NCBI RefSeq assembly: GCF_006345805.1
Contig: NC_043012.1
Location: forward strand, 1,426,001 to 1,490,000
Direction of reading: 5' to 3'
Length of the DNA stretch: 64,000 nt
From: Octopus sinensis
Taxonomy: Eukaryota
Below are positions 1-15,671 of this stretch, one piece after another. The notes beneath the pieces are model-generated. The model saw only the letters and a program-made list of their open reading frames with translations. It was not told where the DNA came from and did not search any database. A program made the position numbers and the translations under genes. Every line of letters starts with the position of its first letter. Positions within the stretch are counted from its first letter, which is position 1.

Positions 1-28
1 GAGCAAGCGATTTCGCCGTTAGGAAGAA

Positions 29-71
29 TAGCAACAACAACAACAACAATAACAACAACAACAACAACAAC

Positions 72-124
<53 letters not shown>

Positions 125-147
125 TAATAATAATAATAGTAATAATA

Positions 148-188
<41 letters not shown>

Positions 189-425
189 AAAGATGATGAT
201 GATGATGATAATAATAAAAATAACGGCTTATGATGGCATTGTTCTTGTTGTTGATGATGACGATGATGATGATGTTAATGGGGATGATGATGTTGGTGGT
301 GGCGTTGATGTATTCTGTGGTGGTGGTCGGGGTAGTAGAAGGCGTAGTAGACGAGCCAGCAGCGAGAGTGGCGGTGACGAAGAAGAAAATAATGGAGATA
401 ATGAGGAGGCTGAAGACGCTACCGT

Positions 426-457
<32 letters not shown>

Positions 458-1207
458 ATAACAAAGGCAATGGTGATGGAGATGATGCTGATGATGATAA
501 TGACTATGATGATGGTGTTGATGATGATGATAATGATGATGATGATGATGATGATGATGACTATGATGATGATGATAGTGGTGGTGGTTGTAGTGGTTAT
601 TGTGGAGGTTTTGGTGGTGGTGGTGTTCATGGTGGTGGTGGTGTCCTTAGTACTGTTGTTGTTGTCGAAGGTGGTGGTGATGGTGGTGGTGGTGGTGTTA
701 GTGGTTGTGATAGTGATGATGATGATGACATTACAAGAGTCGATACTTCAACATTTATTAAAGCTGACCTGCTTTATCCCCATTATCCTTGTCGTAATCA
801 AAATCATCATCATCATCATCATCATCATCGTCATCATCATTATCATCATCATCATCCATCATCATCATCATCATCCATTAGCATCATTATCATCATCATC
901 ATCATCACCATCATCCATCATCAATCAACATCATCCTCATCTTCATCAACACCGCCATCATCATCATCTTCATCATCATCATCGTCATCATCATCATCCA
1001 TCCATCATCATCGCCGTCAGCGCCGTTGTTGTCACAATCGCCATCATTACCACCACCGCCACCACAGCCAATACTAGCACCCTCATCTCCATCATCGTTA
1101 TCGTCGTCGTCATCATCATCAACGTCACTACCATCACAACTACCCCCATCGCCACATCACCAGCTACATCAGCCACCCATCCTCATTATCACCACCATAA
1201 GCATCAT

Positions 1208-1238
<31 letters not shown>

Positions 1239-1660
1239 AGCAGCAGGAGCAGCAGTAGGGGCAACAGCAGCACCTTTATCATCATCATCATCACCACCAT
1301 CATCATCATCATCGTTATTACCTCCACCGTTGTCATCACCATCTCCATCACCATCATCATCACCTTCATCGTCGTCGTCGTCGTCACCATCATCATAACA
1401 ATCATCATCATCATCATCATCGTCATCATCACCATTATCACCACCACCATCGTCATCGTCACCACCATCACCATCATCATCAACATAGTCGTCGTCAGCA
1501 TCACTATAGTCATCACCACCATCGTCATCATCATCATCACCACCACCATCATCAAATTCTACGTCATCACCATCACCATCATCATCACCATATTCGTCGT
1601 CGTCATTGTCGTTGACGTCATCATCATCGTCATCATCATCGTCATCGTCATATCCCATAT
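29..1660. repeat. Compound degenerate trinucleotide microsatellite block (AAC/AAT/GAT/GGT, then CAT/CAC)
   Basis: Seen directly. It explains the overlapping poly-D/M/I/H ORFs in the track. Confidence 0.95.
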
Positions 1661-2019
1661 ATTCTCTATAAAAATAAACATTTTTTTTTTTTTCATATGT
1701 TCAACGTTGTGAATAATGTCTAACTTGAGATTTAAGATTGGTCGTTTCTCTTTACTCATGCGTCTTCATGCAACCGTGGTAGAGTTTTGTTAAACATTAA
1801 TCAACACACGCACTGCTATCGTTATTCTAAATTAAGTATCATTCGACTAATAATCGTTCCTAACGTAAGCCGCGAGACCTTCATTCGTAAGGGACGGGAG
1901 CAACCGGTCACATCGACCTCTCAACTTGATTGATGCTTTGCTATCGACTCAGGAAAAATAAAAAGCAAAAGCTAACAGAATAAGTAAAGAGCCAAACACA
2001 GACCTCAGACCTCAGCAGC

Positions 2020-2071
<52 letters not shown>

Positions 2072-2080
2072 TCATTATTA

Positions 2081-2296
2081 AAGCGTCGAGCTGCCAGAAT
2101 CTTTTGCACGCTGAACGAAACGCTCGGCGGTATTTCGTCCGTCCCTTAGTTCTGAGTTCAAATCACGCCGAGGTCAACTTTGCCATTTATCGTTTCGGGG
2201 TCGATAAATTAAGTACCATTTGAGTACTGGGGTATCGATATGATTGACTGTCCCCACTCCCCCCAAAATCCAGGCCTTGTGCCTATAGTAGAAACG

Positions 2297-2298
<2 letters not shown>
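2081..2298 (+). mobile_element. tRNA-derived SINE, family A
   Basis: Core GTTCTGAGTTCAAAT..GCCGAGGTCAACTTTGCC..GGGGTCGATAAATTAAGTACC recurs more than 10 times in the window. Followed by an (ATT)n tail. Confidence 0.85.
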
Positions 2299-2345
<47 letters not shown>

Positions 2346-2348
2346 GTG

Positions 2349-2432
2349 AAGGCGCATGGCTCAGTGGTTAGAGCGACGAGCTTACGATAGTGAGGTTGTG
2401 AGTTCGATTCCCGGACCGGACTGCGTGGTGTG
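2349..2432 (+). mobile_element. tRNA-like SINE head (A-box TGGCTCAGTGG, B-box GAGTTCGATTCC)
   Basis: Pol III box motifs at tRNA spacing, but no clean cloverleaf. Confidence 0.6.
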
Positions 2433-2435
2433 GGA

Positions 2436-2737
2436 GGATGAAAGGTGAAAGGCAATGTCAACCTCGGCGGAATTTGAACTTAGAACGTAAAGACAGACGA
2501 AATACCTATTTCTTTACTACCCACAAGGAGCTAAACACAGAAGGGACAAACAAGGACCGACAAACGGATTAAGTCGATTATATCGACCCCAGTGCGTAAC
2601 TGGTACTTATTTAATCGACCCCGAAAGGATGAAAGGCAAAGTCGACCTCGGCGGAATTTCAACTCAGAACGTAGCTGCAGACAAAATACCGCCAAGCATT
2701 TCGTCCGGCGCGCTAACGATTCTGCCATTTCGCGCCA
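2436..2737 (-). mobile_element. SINE family A: one fragment plus one near-full copy
   Basis: Reverse complement of the family A core. Same 3' tail as the copy at 55326-55545. Confidence 0.85.
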
Positions 2738-3026
2738 CCATAATAACAACAACAACAACAACAATAACAACAACAACAGCAGCAGCAGCAGCAACAACAA
2801 CAACAATAATAATAATAATATAATAATAATAATAATAATAATAATGATGATGATGATGATAACAACAACAACAATAATAATAATAATAATAGTAATATAA
2901 TAACAACAACAACAGCAGCAGCAGCATTCTTCATCTTTTTCTTCTTCATCTTATTATTATTTTTACTATTACTACTACAACTACTACTACTACTACTAAT
3001 ACTACTACTTCTACTACTACTACTGC

Positions 3027-3061
<35 letters not shown>

Positions 3062-3339
3062 ACAACAACGACAAAAATAGTGTCTTTTACTTGGCACAAA
3101 AGAAAACAGCTGAAGCCGAGATAACAAGGACAGTTTACAATTTGCTTTGGGGATTACATAAAAGACAAAGAGAAGAAAATGAGGTAACAACATACAGAGT
3201 ACAGCAAATGTGTGAATGCATCTGTGATACAGACTTCCTGATAAAATACAACCTCTGTCTAGGTCCAATCGATGAGCCTCGCAGAAGCGGGACCACTCGA
3301 CTACCAAGGGCAAAAACATTAGCCCAACTCCTGTTGTCC

Positions 3340-3620
3340 TTCTACAAATGCTCGCTCAGAGAAGGTTCGTTCAGCCTGACCATTTTGTGCCGCTGTCAAC
3401 AATCATTTCTCAAATTCACTGGGAGAAATCTGTTTATTCTCTACCCTCACTTCCCCTTCCAAGTGGAACTTAAAAAGTGGATGTGGACTTGGCGGAAGAC
3501 GACGTCTTTTTAATCCTGTCAATCTCGTTCACTGGACAAACCCATTCGCCATGCCATCAGATAGAGGCATACCGCCTGCCTTGAAGTGTTAAATGTGTGG
3601 GAAATTGATCCTCAAGAGGA
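3340..3620 (-). pseudogene. Degenerate LINE ORF2 C-terminus, probably L1/Tx1-like
   Basis: Minus frame (W)TRLTGLKRRRLPPSPHPLFKFHLEGEVRVENKQISPSEFEK aligns by eye with WWTRLKGM..FFKFPLNKKV-RLEREVLSSSELIERW at 22.3-22.5 kb. Contains stops. Confidence 0.55.
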
Positions 3621-3724
3621 ACTCGGCCAATAATGAAATTCCACGTAGACACGACAATTGCTATTCGACATAACAGCACCAGTCACAAAAGCTCAGATAA
3701 TACACGAGTGTGTATAACAGGGTA

Positions 3725-3845
3725 GCGGAGGGCCGGAACTTTGCGAGAAGTCAATCGATTGTATTAGTCCCGTTTCATCGAAAGAATGAAAGGCAAGTTG
3801 AAATTTGTGGTAATTGGTCTTAAAACCCGGAAGAATTTGCCTAAA
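3725..3845 (-). mobile_element. SINE family A, degenerate partial copy
   Basis: Core GAATGAAAGGCAAGTTGA..GAATTTG. Confidence 0.6.
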
Positions 3846-3848
3846 TTT

Positions 3849-3888
3849 TGTATGGTAATTGTATGGTAATTGTATGGTAATTGTATGG
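3849..3888. repeat. 11-bp minisatellite (TGTATGGTAAT) x about 3.6
   Basis: Seen directly. Confidence 0.9.
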
Positions 3889-4234
3889 CGCTCTCTTGAA
3901 TATACCATTCCAAATGATGGTAAAATCGAGAATATCTACGTTTCGTATTCGAGCAGAGAAATTGTTGGCCAGAAGACCGAAACAGAGGCAAACATTAAAT
4001 GGAGAAAGAAATTAATCGGAATCTATGAATACCTTTTACATTTTACTATTATCATTGGATTGTGGACATGGTGGGGTACTACTTTGTCGTATTCCAGTAC
4101 TTATTTTATATATCTAGTTATTATTCTATCGATTTCTTTTACAAAACTGCAAAAATACCGGGACGTGAAGCGGTGAAGAATTTGACAAACACAAATACAA
4201 ACAACACACATGATTATATATATGTATATGTGAT

Positions 4235-4388
4235 TGCTTTAACACAGTTTCCGTCCAACAAATCTAATCCTAAGTCCATGGTCAGCTTAGGTGTATAGTA
4301 GAAGATACTTGTAGAAGGTGCCACGCAGTGCGAACGAACCCGAAGCCATGTGTTTGCACAGCGAGATTTTTAACCATAGAACTGTGCA
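4235..4388 (-). mobile_element. SINE family B head, degenerate
   Basis: Reverse complement matches the head of the 36483-36885 copy. Confidence 0.7.
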
Positions 4389-5210
4389 AATATAATACTA
4401 TACACACACTCTAACAACGATAGTATATTATAATATAGAAATCAAGGAAGATCAAAATAATCCGAATGCTCTTCAACATCGTGGTAAACGTTATCTCTAT
4501 GGTTCTTTTGTTGAGTTTTGAGTCATTCAGTTGAGACAATCTCACAGATTTCACCCACATTTCTTAATGTTATTCAAGTCGAGACTTTTGACATAACCCC
4601 CATCTTCCGTCTCATATGATACTGGCAAATGCCTATGAGAACTAGGTTCGAAATGAAACGAAATTGACCCCTGAACTCTGCAACTAATCCATCAGGCGAC
4701 AGCATATTTTTTTCCTCCATTGGCGACACCTAACACAATAAATGTGCAAAGCCAATCTTTTGCAAATCTAGATTACCACATTAAAATAGAAAGGAGACAT
4801 ATGCTTCCATGATAGCAATTCTGGATACATTATAACTTTATCAATGAAGAGACAACATATCTTCTTTGATCGCGAAGTCTGTTCAATGAGGGTTGATCAA
4901 AACAACGGAAACAGCATCAATAATATCAGTGGCAATACTGAATTATTTTAATGAGAATGAAATAAATAATAAGTAATATGAACACTTGCATGATGTCATT
5001 TGGATTTTGTGGAAGCCATTGTGGATTTCATCGACACAAGTACTAAATCCAGATTTGTTTCACCGGGCACTCACTAGGTGAAATGAAAAAATAGCAGTAG
5101 GTGAAGTTCGGACTCGGAGATTAACTAGATATATTGAAGATGATGACGATAGTAACAACAACAACAACAACAACAACAAAAAACAACAACAATAATAGTA
5201 ATAATAATAA

Positions 5211-5389
5211 TGCTTTCTACTATAGGCACAAGGTAGGTCTGAAATGTTGGGGAGGGGGGAGAGTCGATTTTATAGACCCCAGTATGCAACTGGTTCTTAA
5301 TTTATCAACCTCGAAAGGATGAAGGGCAAAGTCGACCTCGACGGAATTTGAACTCAGAATGTAGCGACGGGCGAACTACCGCTAAGCAC
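5211..5389 (-). mobile_element. SINE family A
   Basis: Reverse complement of the family A core, next to an (AAC/AAT)n tract. Confidence 0.8.
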
Positions 5390-5390
5390 T

Positions 5391-5580
5391 CAACTACCAA
5401 CATGGCTGAAAAAGATCAGTGCCATTATGAAAGTAGAACTCTTACAAAAATCAGCATTGCTAGGAACTGCAAGAATTCTTCCCAGAGTTCTTGAAGCATG
5501 ACCAGAAAACAGGTGCCACCTTAGTCTGCTGGCTGTGGACGGCTGACACATCCCATCATACCTCACAACCTAACTTTCCA
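5391..5580 (+). pseudogene. 3' end of an R4/Dong-like (RLE) non-LTR retrotransposon
   Basis: 5391-5501 reads QLPTWLKKISAIMKVELLQKSALLGTARILPRVLEA*. The LQKSALLGTARIL motif is typical of RLE C-termini. Homologous to 23693-23836. Confidence 0.75.
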
Positions 5581-6499
5581 TATATTTATATAGTTAAATG
5601 AAGAATAGTATTAACAGTTCAATTTGTCCATTAAAGATCACATTTTCCTCATGTTTATATATTTAGAAGATGCGACACTTAACTCTGTAATTGGGTATAC
5701 AGACAAAAATTAGCGAATTCTTGCATATATTTCAATTAACAATTATTAAGCCAATTTCTTTATAGAATCAGGTTTGAATAATTTTCTCCCATCATAATGG
5801 ATTTGTCTTAATCTGAAATATGATTTCTCTGTTTTTATACTACTAAAACTTCTTTAAAAACAGGGACCGACTCATTTAGGTGTCCTTTACAAATATACTG
5901 AAAATATAAAAAATACCACGGGGATATTCTAAGAATTCCGAGCGTTAATACTTTGTAAAGATTTTGAAAATTTATCTAATCCTCATGACTAAAGTTTCCA
6001 TATATTTACAAACATTTTTGCTTGTATATTGTTACGGCTATTTCTTTTTTAATTAGTCGTTCGAATAAACGGTAACGTGAAATTCGTGCTTAAGATTCGA
6101 CACGTTTCAGCTCCTAATGCATAAAAATATACATACATACGTACAAAATGAGTTCATCATTCACATACATACACTCTCTCTCTCTCTTTCTCTCTCTCTC
6201 TTATCTACTTCGCTATGCATGTGTAAATACGAGAGTCGGTGGAAGTGTGAATGAGGAAATATTACATTAATTGTATAGGAATCTTTGTTATAAATGTATT
6301 TACAAGTGAAGTGTGTACACATATAGTGCATGTCTTTAGAGTCATGCGCATAGATGTATGCATAAGGTCATATATGTATATCCGTACATTTTTTTTCTCC
6401 GAAGAGAGTACTCTTGAAAGCATCAAGGTGTAATTTCTGTGCAGTAAAATAATTAAAGCGCTTGCAAGAAAGCTGTTTCGAAAATAAGCTAAAATTTAA

Positions 6500-9070
<2,571 letters not shown>

Positions 9071-9649
9071 AATTTTCCTATACATATATTTCAAAGCCTT
9101 CTCATACAATATTTCATTGTATGTCATGCTGCGTTTCTTAACAACCTATTTGTCTTTAATTTTGCTTTCTTCTCCTTCCATTTTTTTCTTTCTTCACACC
9201 AATGCTCTTCCAACATTCGCTTCATTATATCTATATTCAACACACAACCTCCATTTTACCTTTCCCGGTGCATGTCCCTAACATTCTCTTCTAGTTCCCT
9301 TCCATTTATGGCAAATTTCCTTCCTCCTCCTCATTTTCACACACAGTTACTAAACTCACATAGAAACCATTGAGTTTCAGAATTTCTCTTTGGTACATTT
9401 TATCTCTACGCAGTTATCTCCCCGTCAGTAACTATCATTTTATATAACTTTCTTGCTAGTTTTCTGTCCTGTTTTTCATCCATTGTTGACTTTCATTGAA
9501 TTTCACTCTCCTCATCTATTTCTCGCAGTCTCTCTTTTATTCTGTCTCTTTTTCTAACTTCCTCTCTTTCAATCGCTCTATCCCGCTCTCTTCCTCACTC
9601 TCACTCACCATCTCTCTCTGTATAAGTGTATATTTATATATATATTTAT

Positions 9650-9725
<76 letters not shown>

Positions 9726-9871
9726 TATATACATATATATATATAAACATATTATATGCATATTTATATCTATATTTATATATGCACATATATAAACAGT
9801 CACATATATATATTTATACATATATAAGCAATCATATATATATACATCTATATATATATATATATATATAT

Positions 9872-9902
<31 letters not shown>

Positions 9903-10300
9903 AGGAGAGAGAGAGAGAGAAGAAAGAGAGAGACAGAGACAGAGACAGAGACAAGCAGAGAAACAGAGATAGAGAGAGACAGATGCATACTTACACACAT
10001 ACATATACGCAGTCACACACACACGTATATAATCATGCATACATACATATGCATGTAGGTGCATATTTACTCCTTTCGTGGTAGCGAATTTTTTGTCTTT
10101 CTGGTATTTTCCCAATATTTACTTTCCCCTTTCATAGTTTATTTAAATCACACCCGTCTTATTTTCACTATGATTATGTCCCTCCATTTTCTTCTTCCTC
10201 TTTCGTTCGTATGTTATTATTATTATTGTTGTTATCATTTACTATTTACTATTATTATTATTATTATTATTTTTACTATGGTTATTATTAAATTTATTAC

Positions 10301-10332
<32 letters not shown>

Positions 10333-10362
10333 TATTATTATTATTATTTGTTGTTGTTGTTG

Positions 10363-10394
<32 letters not shown>

Positions 10395-11670
10395 TCTTTA
10401 GTTTTTATTCGATATTTTTATCACTAACTCATCCCTCGTCCATTCGCATAATTTGCTCTTTCTTTTTGCCAGCGTTATTGTAGTTATTCTTCGTGTTGTT
10501 ATTATTTGTTTTGTTACAACTTATTTTATTTATCATCATTATTATTACTATTATTACTATCGTTATTATTAATATTATTATCATCGTCAGTTTAGTTGAT
10601 ATTGTTCTTGTTGTTGTATTTACTGTATATTTTTTCTTTTTCTTTTGTCTTTCTTTTTTAGATATTGCTTTTTCGTTTTCTCACTTTCCTTTCCTCTTCA
10701 TTCGACATAAAAATCTCTAGAATGGCTTTGATGCGAAACAAAATGGCCTCGCACAGACGCTTTGTTCCAAAGTAACATTGATCGAATGCATAGTTTTATT
10801 GTGCTGGTAACACCAACATCTCTAATACGCCTTTGTCAGTGATTTTTCCCCACTATTTTTTTTCAACCGACGCCATTTTTCAAACTGAAAGACCATGAAA
10901 AAATATAAAGAGAAAAACAACGATCACACAAAAATATATTCAGACACATACATGAATATGTTCACATACACACAAACAGAATACTAAATTCTTACAACAA
11001 CAAAAAAATATTATGCAAACACACAAATATTATATTTGTATGTGTTTGAAAAGACCAAACAGAAGCATATTAGCAGATTTTGTTCTGCGTTTGATTCCGA
11101 GTGATTTTGAAGACCACAAGCGCCATCTATATTGTAAAGTCTCGAAATAAGCAATACGATTAAGGAGGGATTCCTTTGAAGATATGGACAAAAACAAACA
11201 ATCAAATACGCATACGAATGCACAGAAACATAGTCATACACAGACACACATAGGAGCACAAAAACATATACACACATGCGTACACACACACATATGTATA
11301 TATATTTATGTGTGCATATATATATGGATATAAATATATGTATATATCTATGTATATATACATCTATGCATGTATATATGTATACATGTGTTTATGGGCA
11401 TTTCTTCTTGAATATATGTATATAATATAAACCTTATCCATACAAATAAGAAATCATATGTACTATAATATTTATCTGCTGCTGTACAAACTGTGGCTGA
11501 GGCGAAAACACACAAACACACACTCAAACACTTATATACATGCTTCTTTATATGCATGTGGGTGTGTGCATGTAAATGCGTAGTAAGCATTTATGCAGGT
11601 AGGTAAGTTGGTAGGTAGGTAGGTATGAATGTAGACAGTCATATGTGTATATGTATAAATCTCTCTCTTC

Positions 11671-11750
<80 letters not shown>

Positions 11751-11885
11751 AAGTTAGATAGATAGATAGAGCGATAGACATATAGATATACACGTAAATG
11801 TATACATGTATACATATATCAATATGTTATTATATATGTATATATATGCATATATATATATATAAATATATGTACATATATAAAC

Positions 11886-11931
<46 letters not shown>

Positions 11932-12154
11932 CATGTTGAGTTATAATAAAAACAACATTACATTAATCTGATTGGTTGCTCCACACTCATGCACACAAAA
12001 AATTCATTTTTCTTAAACAAGAATAACATAGAAACTGAGTTCGACGTTTTGGCCAGATGAGCTATCAGCAACCATAAGTGTGTAATTGATTAAGGTTTGC
12101 GACAGCTGATTCCGACGAGTTTTTTATTGATGAAGAAATATCAAGAAATAGAAT

Positions 12155-12215
12155 GTGTGTTGACCCTCTCATTTGGCGACAAAAGAGTGATGCTAACATG
12201 AGAAGGTCAATATAT
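12155..12215 (+). ncRNA. Candidate pre-miRNA-like hairpin
   Basis: About 23 base pairs by manual folding. 5p UUGACCCUCUCAUUUGGCGAC and 3p UGCUAACAUGAGAAGGUCAAUA form a duplex with 2-nt 3' overhangs. No known miRNA recognised. Confidence 0.35.
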
Positions 12216-12780
12216 TGCAAGTCTTTATATTTTTTCTGATTTATATTTTAAATTTAAACCGTTAAATCAATGGGAGAAATCATTTTCTTTTTGTATGATG
12301 TATTTCGTTTACGCATCAATGAAAAAAAAACGCTTCTGAAACAGCTGTAGTGAATCGTAACCCATATGTTTTTAAGAGAATACAACAACCAAAACTTTCC
12401 TTACGATAGATCTGGAAACTGCATGCTGTCATGCATTTGTATATAATTTCATATACATGTATTTTTATAGAGATGTGTAGATTGATTTGTTCATTCGCAT
12501 GTATATACATACATATATATATATATTATACATATATATATATACATATATATATATATTTAACACTATATATATATATATACATATATATGTAGGTATA
12601 ATATATATATATAATATATATATATATTATATATATATATAATATATCATATATATATATACCTACATATATATGTATATATATATATATATATATGTAG
12701 ATATTCAAATATATAGTATAAACATACATATATATATATGTAAATATTCTATATATATATATATAACGATCTTCAATATG

Positions 12781-12858
<78 letters not shown>

Positions 12859-13478
12859 ATATATATATATATACATGTATATATGAAACATTGCTCACAT
12901 CGAACAAGATACTTGAGCTCTGGAAATCAAATCTGATATGACTGTTAAGTGCTCTCTGGTTATACTATTCTCCATTTCCTCGATGCAAAAATCTTTTTAT
13001 TTAAGACTTGTACAACGGCTATCTGAAGGAAAATATACATTTCTACAAATGGAAATATGTGGTTTGTGGCTTTTTTTTTCGAATTCAATAACATACATAT
13101 TGTTGTGTGTAACTTATCAAAAGAAGAATTACGTCGTTGAACTGTTAACTCTGTAAAATGTGATTATGAGAGTTAGGTATTTTTACAATTTCTTTTCGTG
13201 CAAGATACCAACAAGATTAGCGTTGTTTTTTCCTACTAATTACTCGGAATGATAAGTAACACCGAAGGACAAGTATAGATAGCAGTGTTTTAGATACATG
13301 GCGCCTTTTATAAATATGCCTGTGCAAATATCATAATAACAGGAATCTATCAGTAACTCTTTTCTTTGTGTGTTTAAATTGATATATATCTCTCGCTAGA
13401 TGGAGTACTTTGTTTTTGATTCTACCTCTACTGCATCTTTAAACTATATACATACATACATATAAATACATATACATA

Positions 13479-13514
<36 letters not shown>

Positions 13515-13533
13515 TATCTATATATATATATAT

Positions 13534-13578
<45 letters not shown>

Positions 13579-13580
<2 letters not shown>

Positions 13581-15003
13581 AGCCTACCTCGGCTTAAGTC
13601 GTTTCGATTTAAGGCGTTTTCGTTTATATGTGGGTTTTCAAATATAATATATGGAAAAATAAAAATCAAGTTACGTCGTTTTACTCGACTTCACGTCAGT
13701 CCGCAACAGATATCGGAATCGTAAAATCAATAGAAAACTGTGAAAAGCACATAAAATCACGATACAATAAATAAGAATACTACCTTATTATATAATACTT
13801 TATTAAAATAATATAATACCTTATTAAATACCTTATTAAAATACCTTATTAAAATATGTACATATATATGTTAAGATACACACCATAAAGTCGTGTAGCT
13901 TTGTGAAGGAAATCATGAGATCTGCCGCGTTGTCTTATTTGTCAGGCTCTCGGGGCTAATATTGCACTGTAGTTCCAATATCTAGCATTAGGCATTGTTG
14001 TCACTCGTGATTCCCGCGGCTGTTTTGAATTCAGATTTGTTTACGTCTGTTTATCGGCTACTTTCTAATTCTCATTCATTTGTGACTGTATTTTTTGCCC
14101 TCATGGATCCTAAAACAATTCACAGTGAAAGTGCTAAGCTTCATGCATAACTCTGGAAGATAAACTGGCTATGATAAACGCCATGAAAACGGTGAAAACT
14201 GGTAGCATTTGCGCGATCTTTTGGGATGTGTCGGACAATTCTATCGACGATTGTACATAATAAGGATAAAATATCAAATCTGAAGCCCCATGGATGAAAA
14301 ACACTTTCATAAATAAGAAACGAGTGAAAATATTTCAAGAAATGGAACAACTTAATTCTCTTTGGATTGCTAGGTTTAATCGTCAGCGTGCTACTATTAG
14401 TCAAGAAATCATTCAAGAGAAAGCGTTGTCGTTGTTTGAGGACCCGAAGAAGAAAATATCCAGATGAGAAATATTTAGAGTTCAAGACAAGTCAAGGATG
14501 GTTCATGAGATTTATGGAACGAAGAAGTTACCATTTCATTAAGATGAAATGTGAAAGTGCACCAGCAGCGGAATTCCCTATTTAAAATATTTTAATTTTT
14601 TTTTTTACTATTGCAAAATAACAATAATTACTGAATTAGTTTTTTTCAGCTTTAAAATGGCATTTATGTTACCATATCTTATTGCAAACTGCATTCATAA
14701 TAAAGCATCCGCGATGCACGGTAAACTCCGCCAAATTGCATTCGTAAACTTTAGATTACATTTTTTCTACTGTACTGTATTAAAAATTTTTTTTTAAATA
14801 TTTGTTTGTAAGATTACAGTAGGTTTTTATTAACCATGTATTATTGAAAATGCATTCATAAATAAAGTACAGAACTGAGAATGGTTATTATAGGTTTAGC
14901 CTAGAGACAAGTAAATTTGGCCGAGCTTAGATTACAGACAAGTTAATTCGGCTTAAGTCGTGCCTTCTGGAACCGATTAACGATGTAAAGTGAGTTATGC
15001 CTA
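13579..15003 (+). mobile_element. Internally deleted Tigger/pogo-like DNA transposon; transposase N-terminal pseudogene at about 14103-14575
   Basis: Frameshifted ITLEDKLAMIKRHENGE..IFQEMEQLNSLWI..ISQEIIQEKALSLFED..FKTSQGWFMRF (CENP-B-type HTH). Ends TA|CAAGCCTACCTCG and GAGTTATGCCTA|TA resemble Tigger TIRs. Confidence 0.75.
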
Positions 15004-15491
15004 TATGTGTGTGTGTGTGTGTGTGCGTGTATATATATATATATATATCCATGCCAGAAGAGTGCTGTAGGCTACGAAAACATTCGATACAACTTGTATG
15101 TAGTAAGGAGAGGCCATTTTATGTCTCCAAAGACATAAGAAAGTCGTTTGATCCGGACGAACGGTTGCTTAATAAGGTTAATAATTATCAGGTGCATGGC
15201 ATGCTTTGCTTCTTCTGTTTGTCCCAAACCAAAAGGCTAAGAGCGGAACCAACAGATGGCTATATACAGATAATTCTGTTGGCCCAGAGTGATGAAGTCC
15301 GAGCTTCTAGCAAGTGTGTTGTTTTTAGGAGTGGGTCAGCACGAAATTTACGGCATCCCACCGCACATATTTCGACAGGGACTTAGAATTTATGTTGCTG
15401 GGCATGTTGAATTATTGTAGAGAATTATAAAGAATTAGATGGGTGAAGTACGCAGTGTAAATCCTTGAGTGTTCATTCAACAATAAACATC

Positions 15492-15560
15492 ACATAAAGT
15501 TGACGTGACACCACTGGATGTCAAACATAAAGTTGACGTGACACTGCACTGGGTGTCAAA
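15492..15560. repeat. 33-bp tandem duplication, each unit with a TGACA..TGTCA hairpin
   Basis: ACATAAAGTTGACGTGACAC..TGTCAA x2. Confidence 0.9.
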
Positions 15561-15671
15561 CAGTATTTAAGATCATGTAACCTTCAAACTCGCCAGAATT
15601 TAAATCCTATGGAAGACAACATTTCGAAAGATGTTGCAAAGGAAACTAATCTACATCCCCACGATTTCATT

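Noticed and set aside
19-1712. Long ORFs of 200-342 aa (poly-D/M/I/H/S)
   Set aside because: Open in many frames on both strands because trinucleotide repeats lack stops. No domain content.
2349-2432. tRNA gene
   Set aside because: A and B boxes are present, but there is no acceptor stem or cloverleaf. It is a SINE head.
4540-4645. Minus-strand peptide HLPVSYETEDGGYVKSLDLNNIKKC with a possible acceptor
   Set aside because: Weak donor and no homology recognised.
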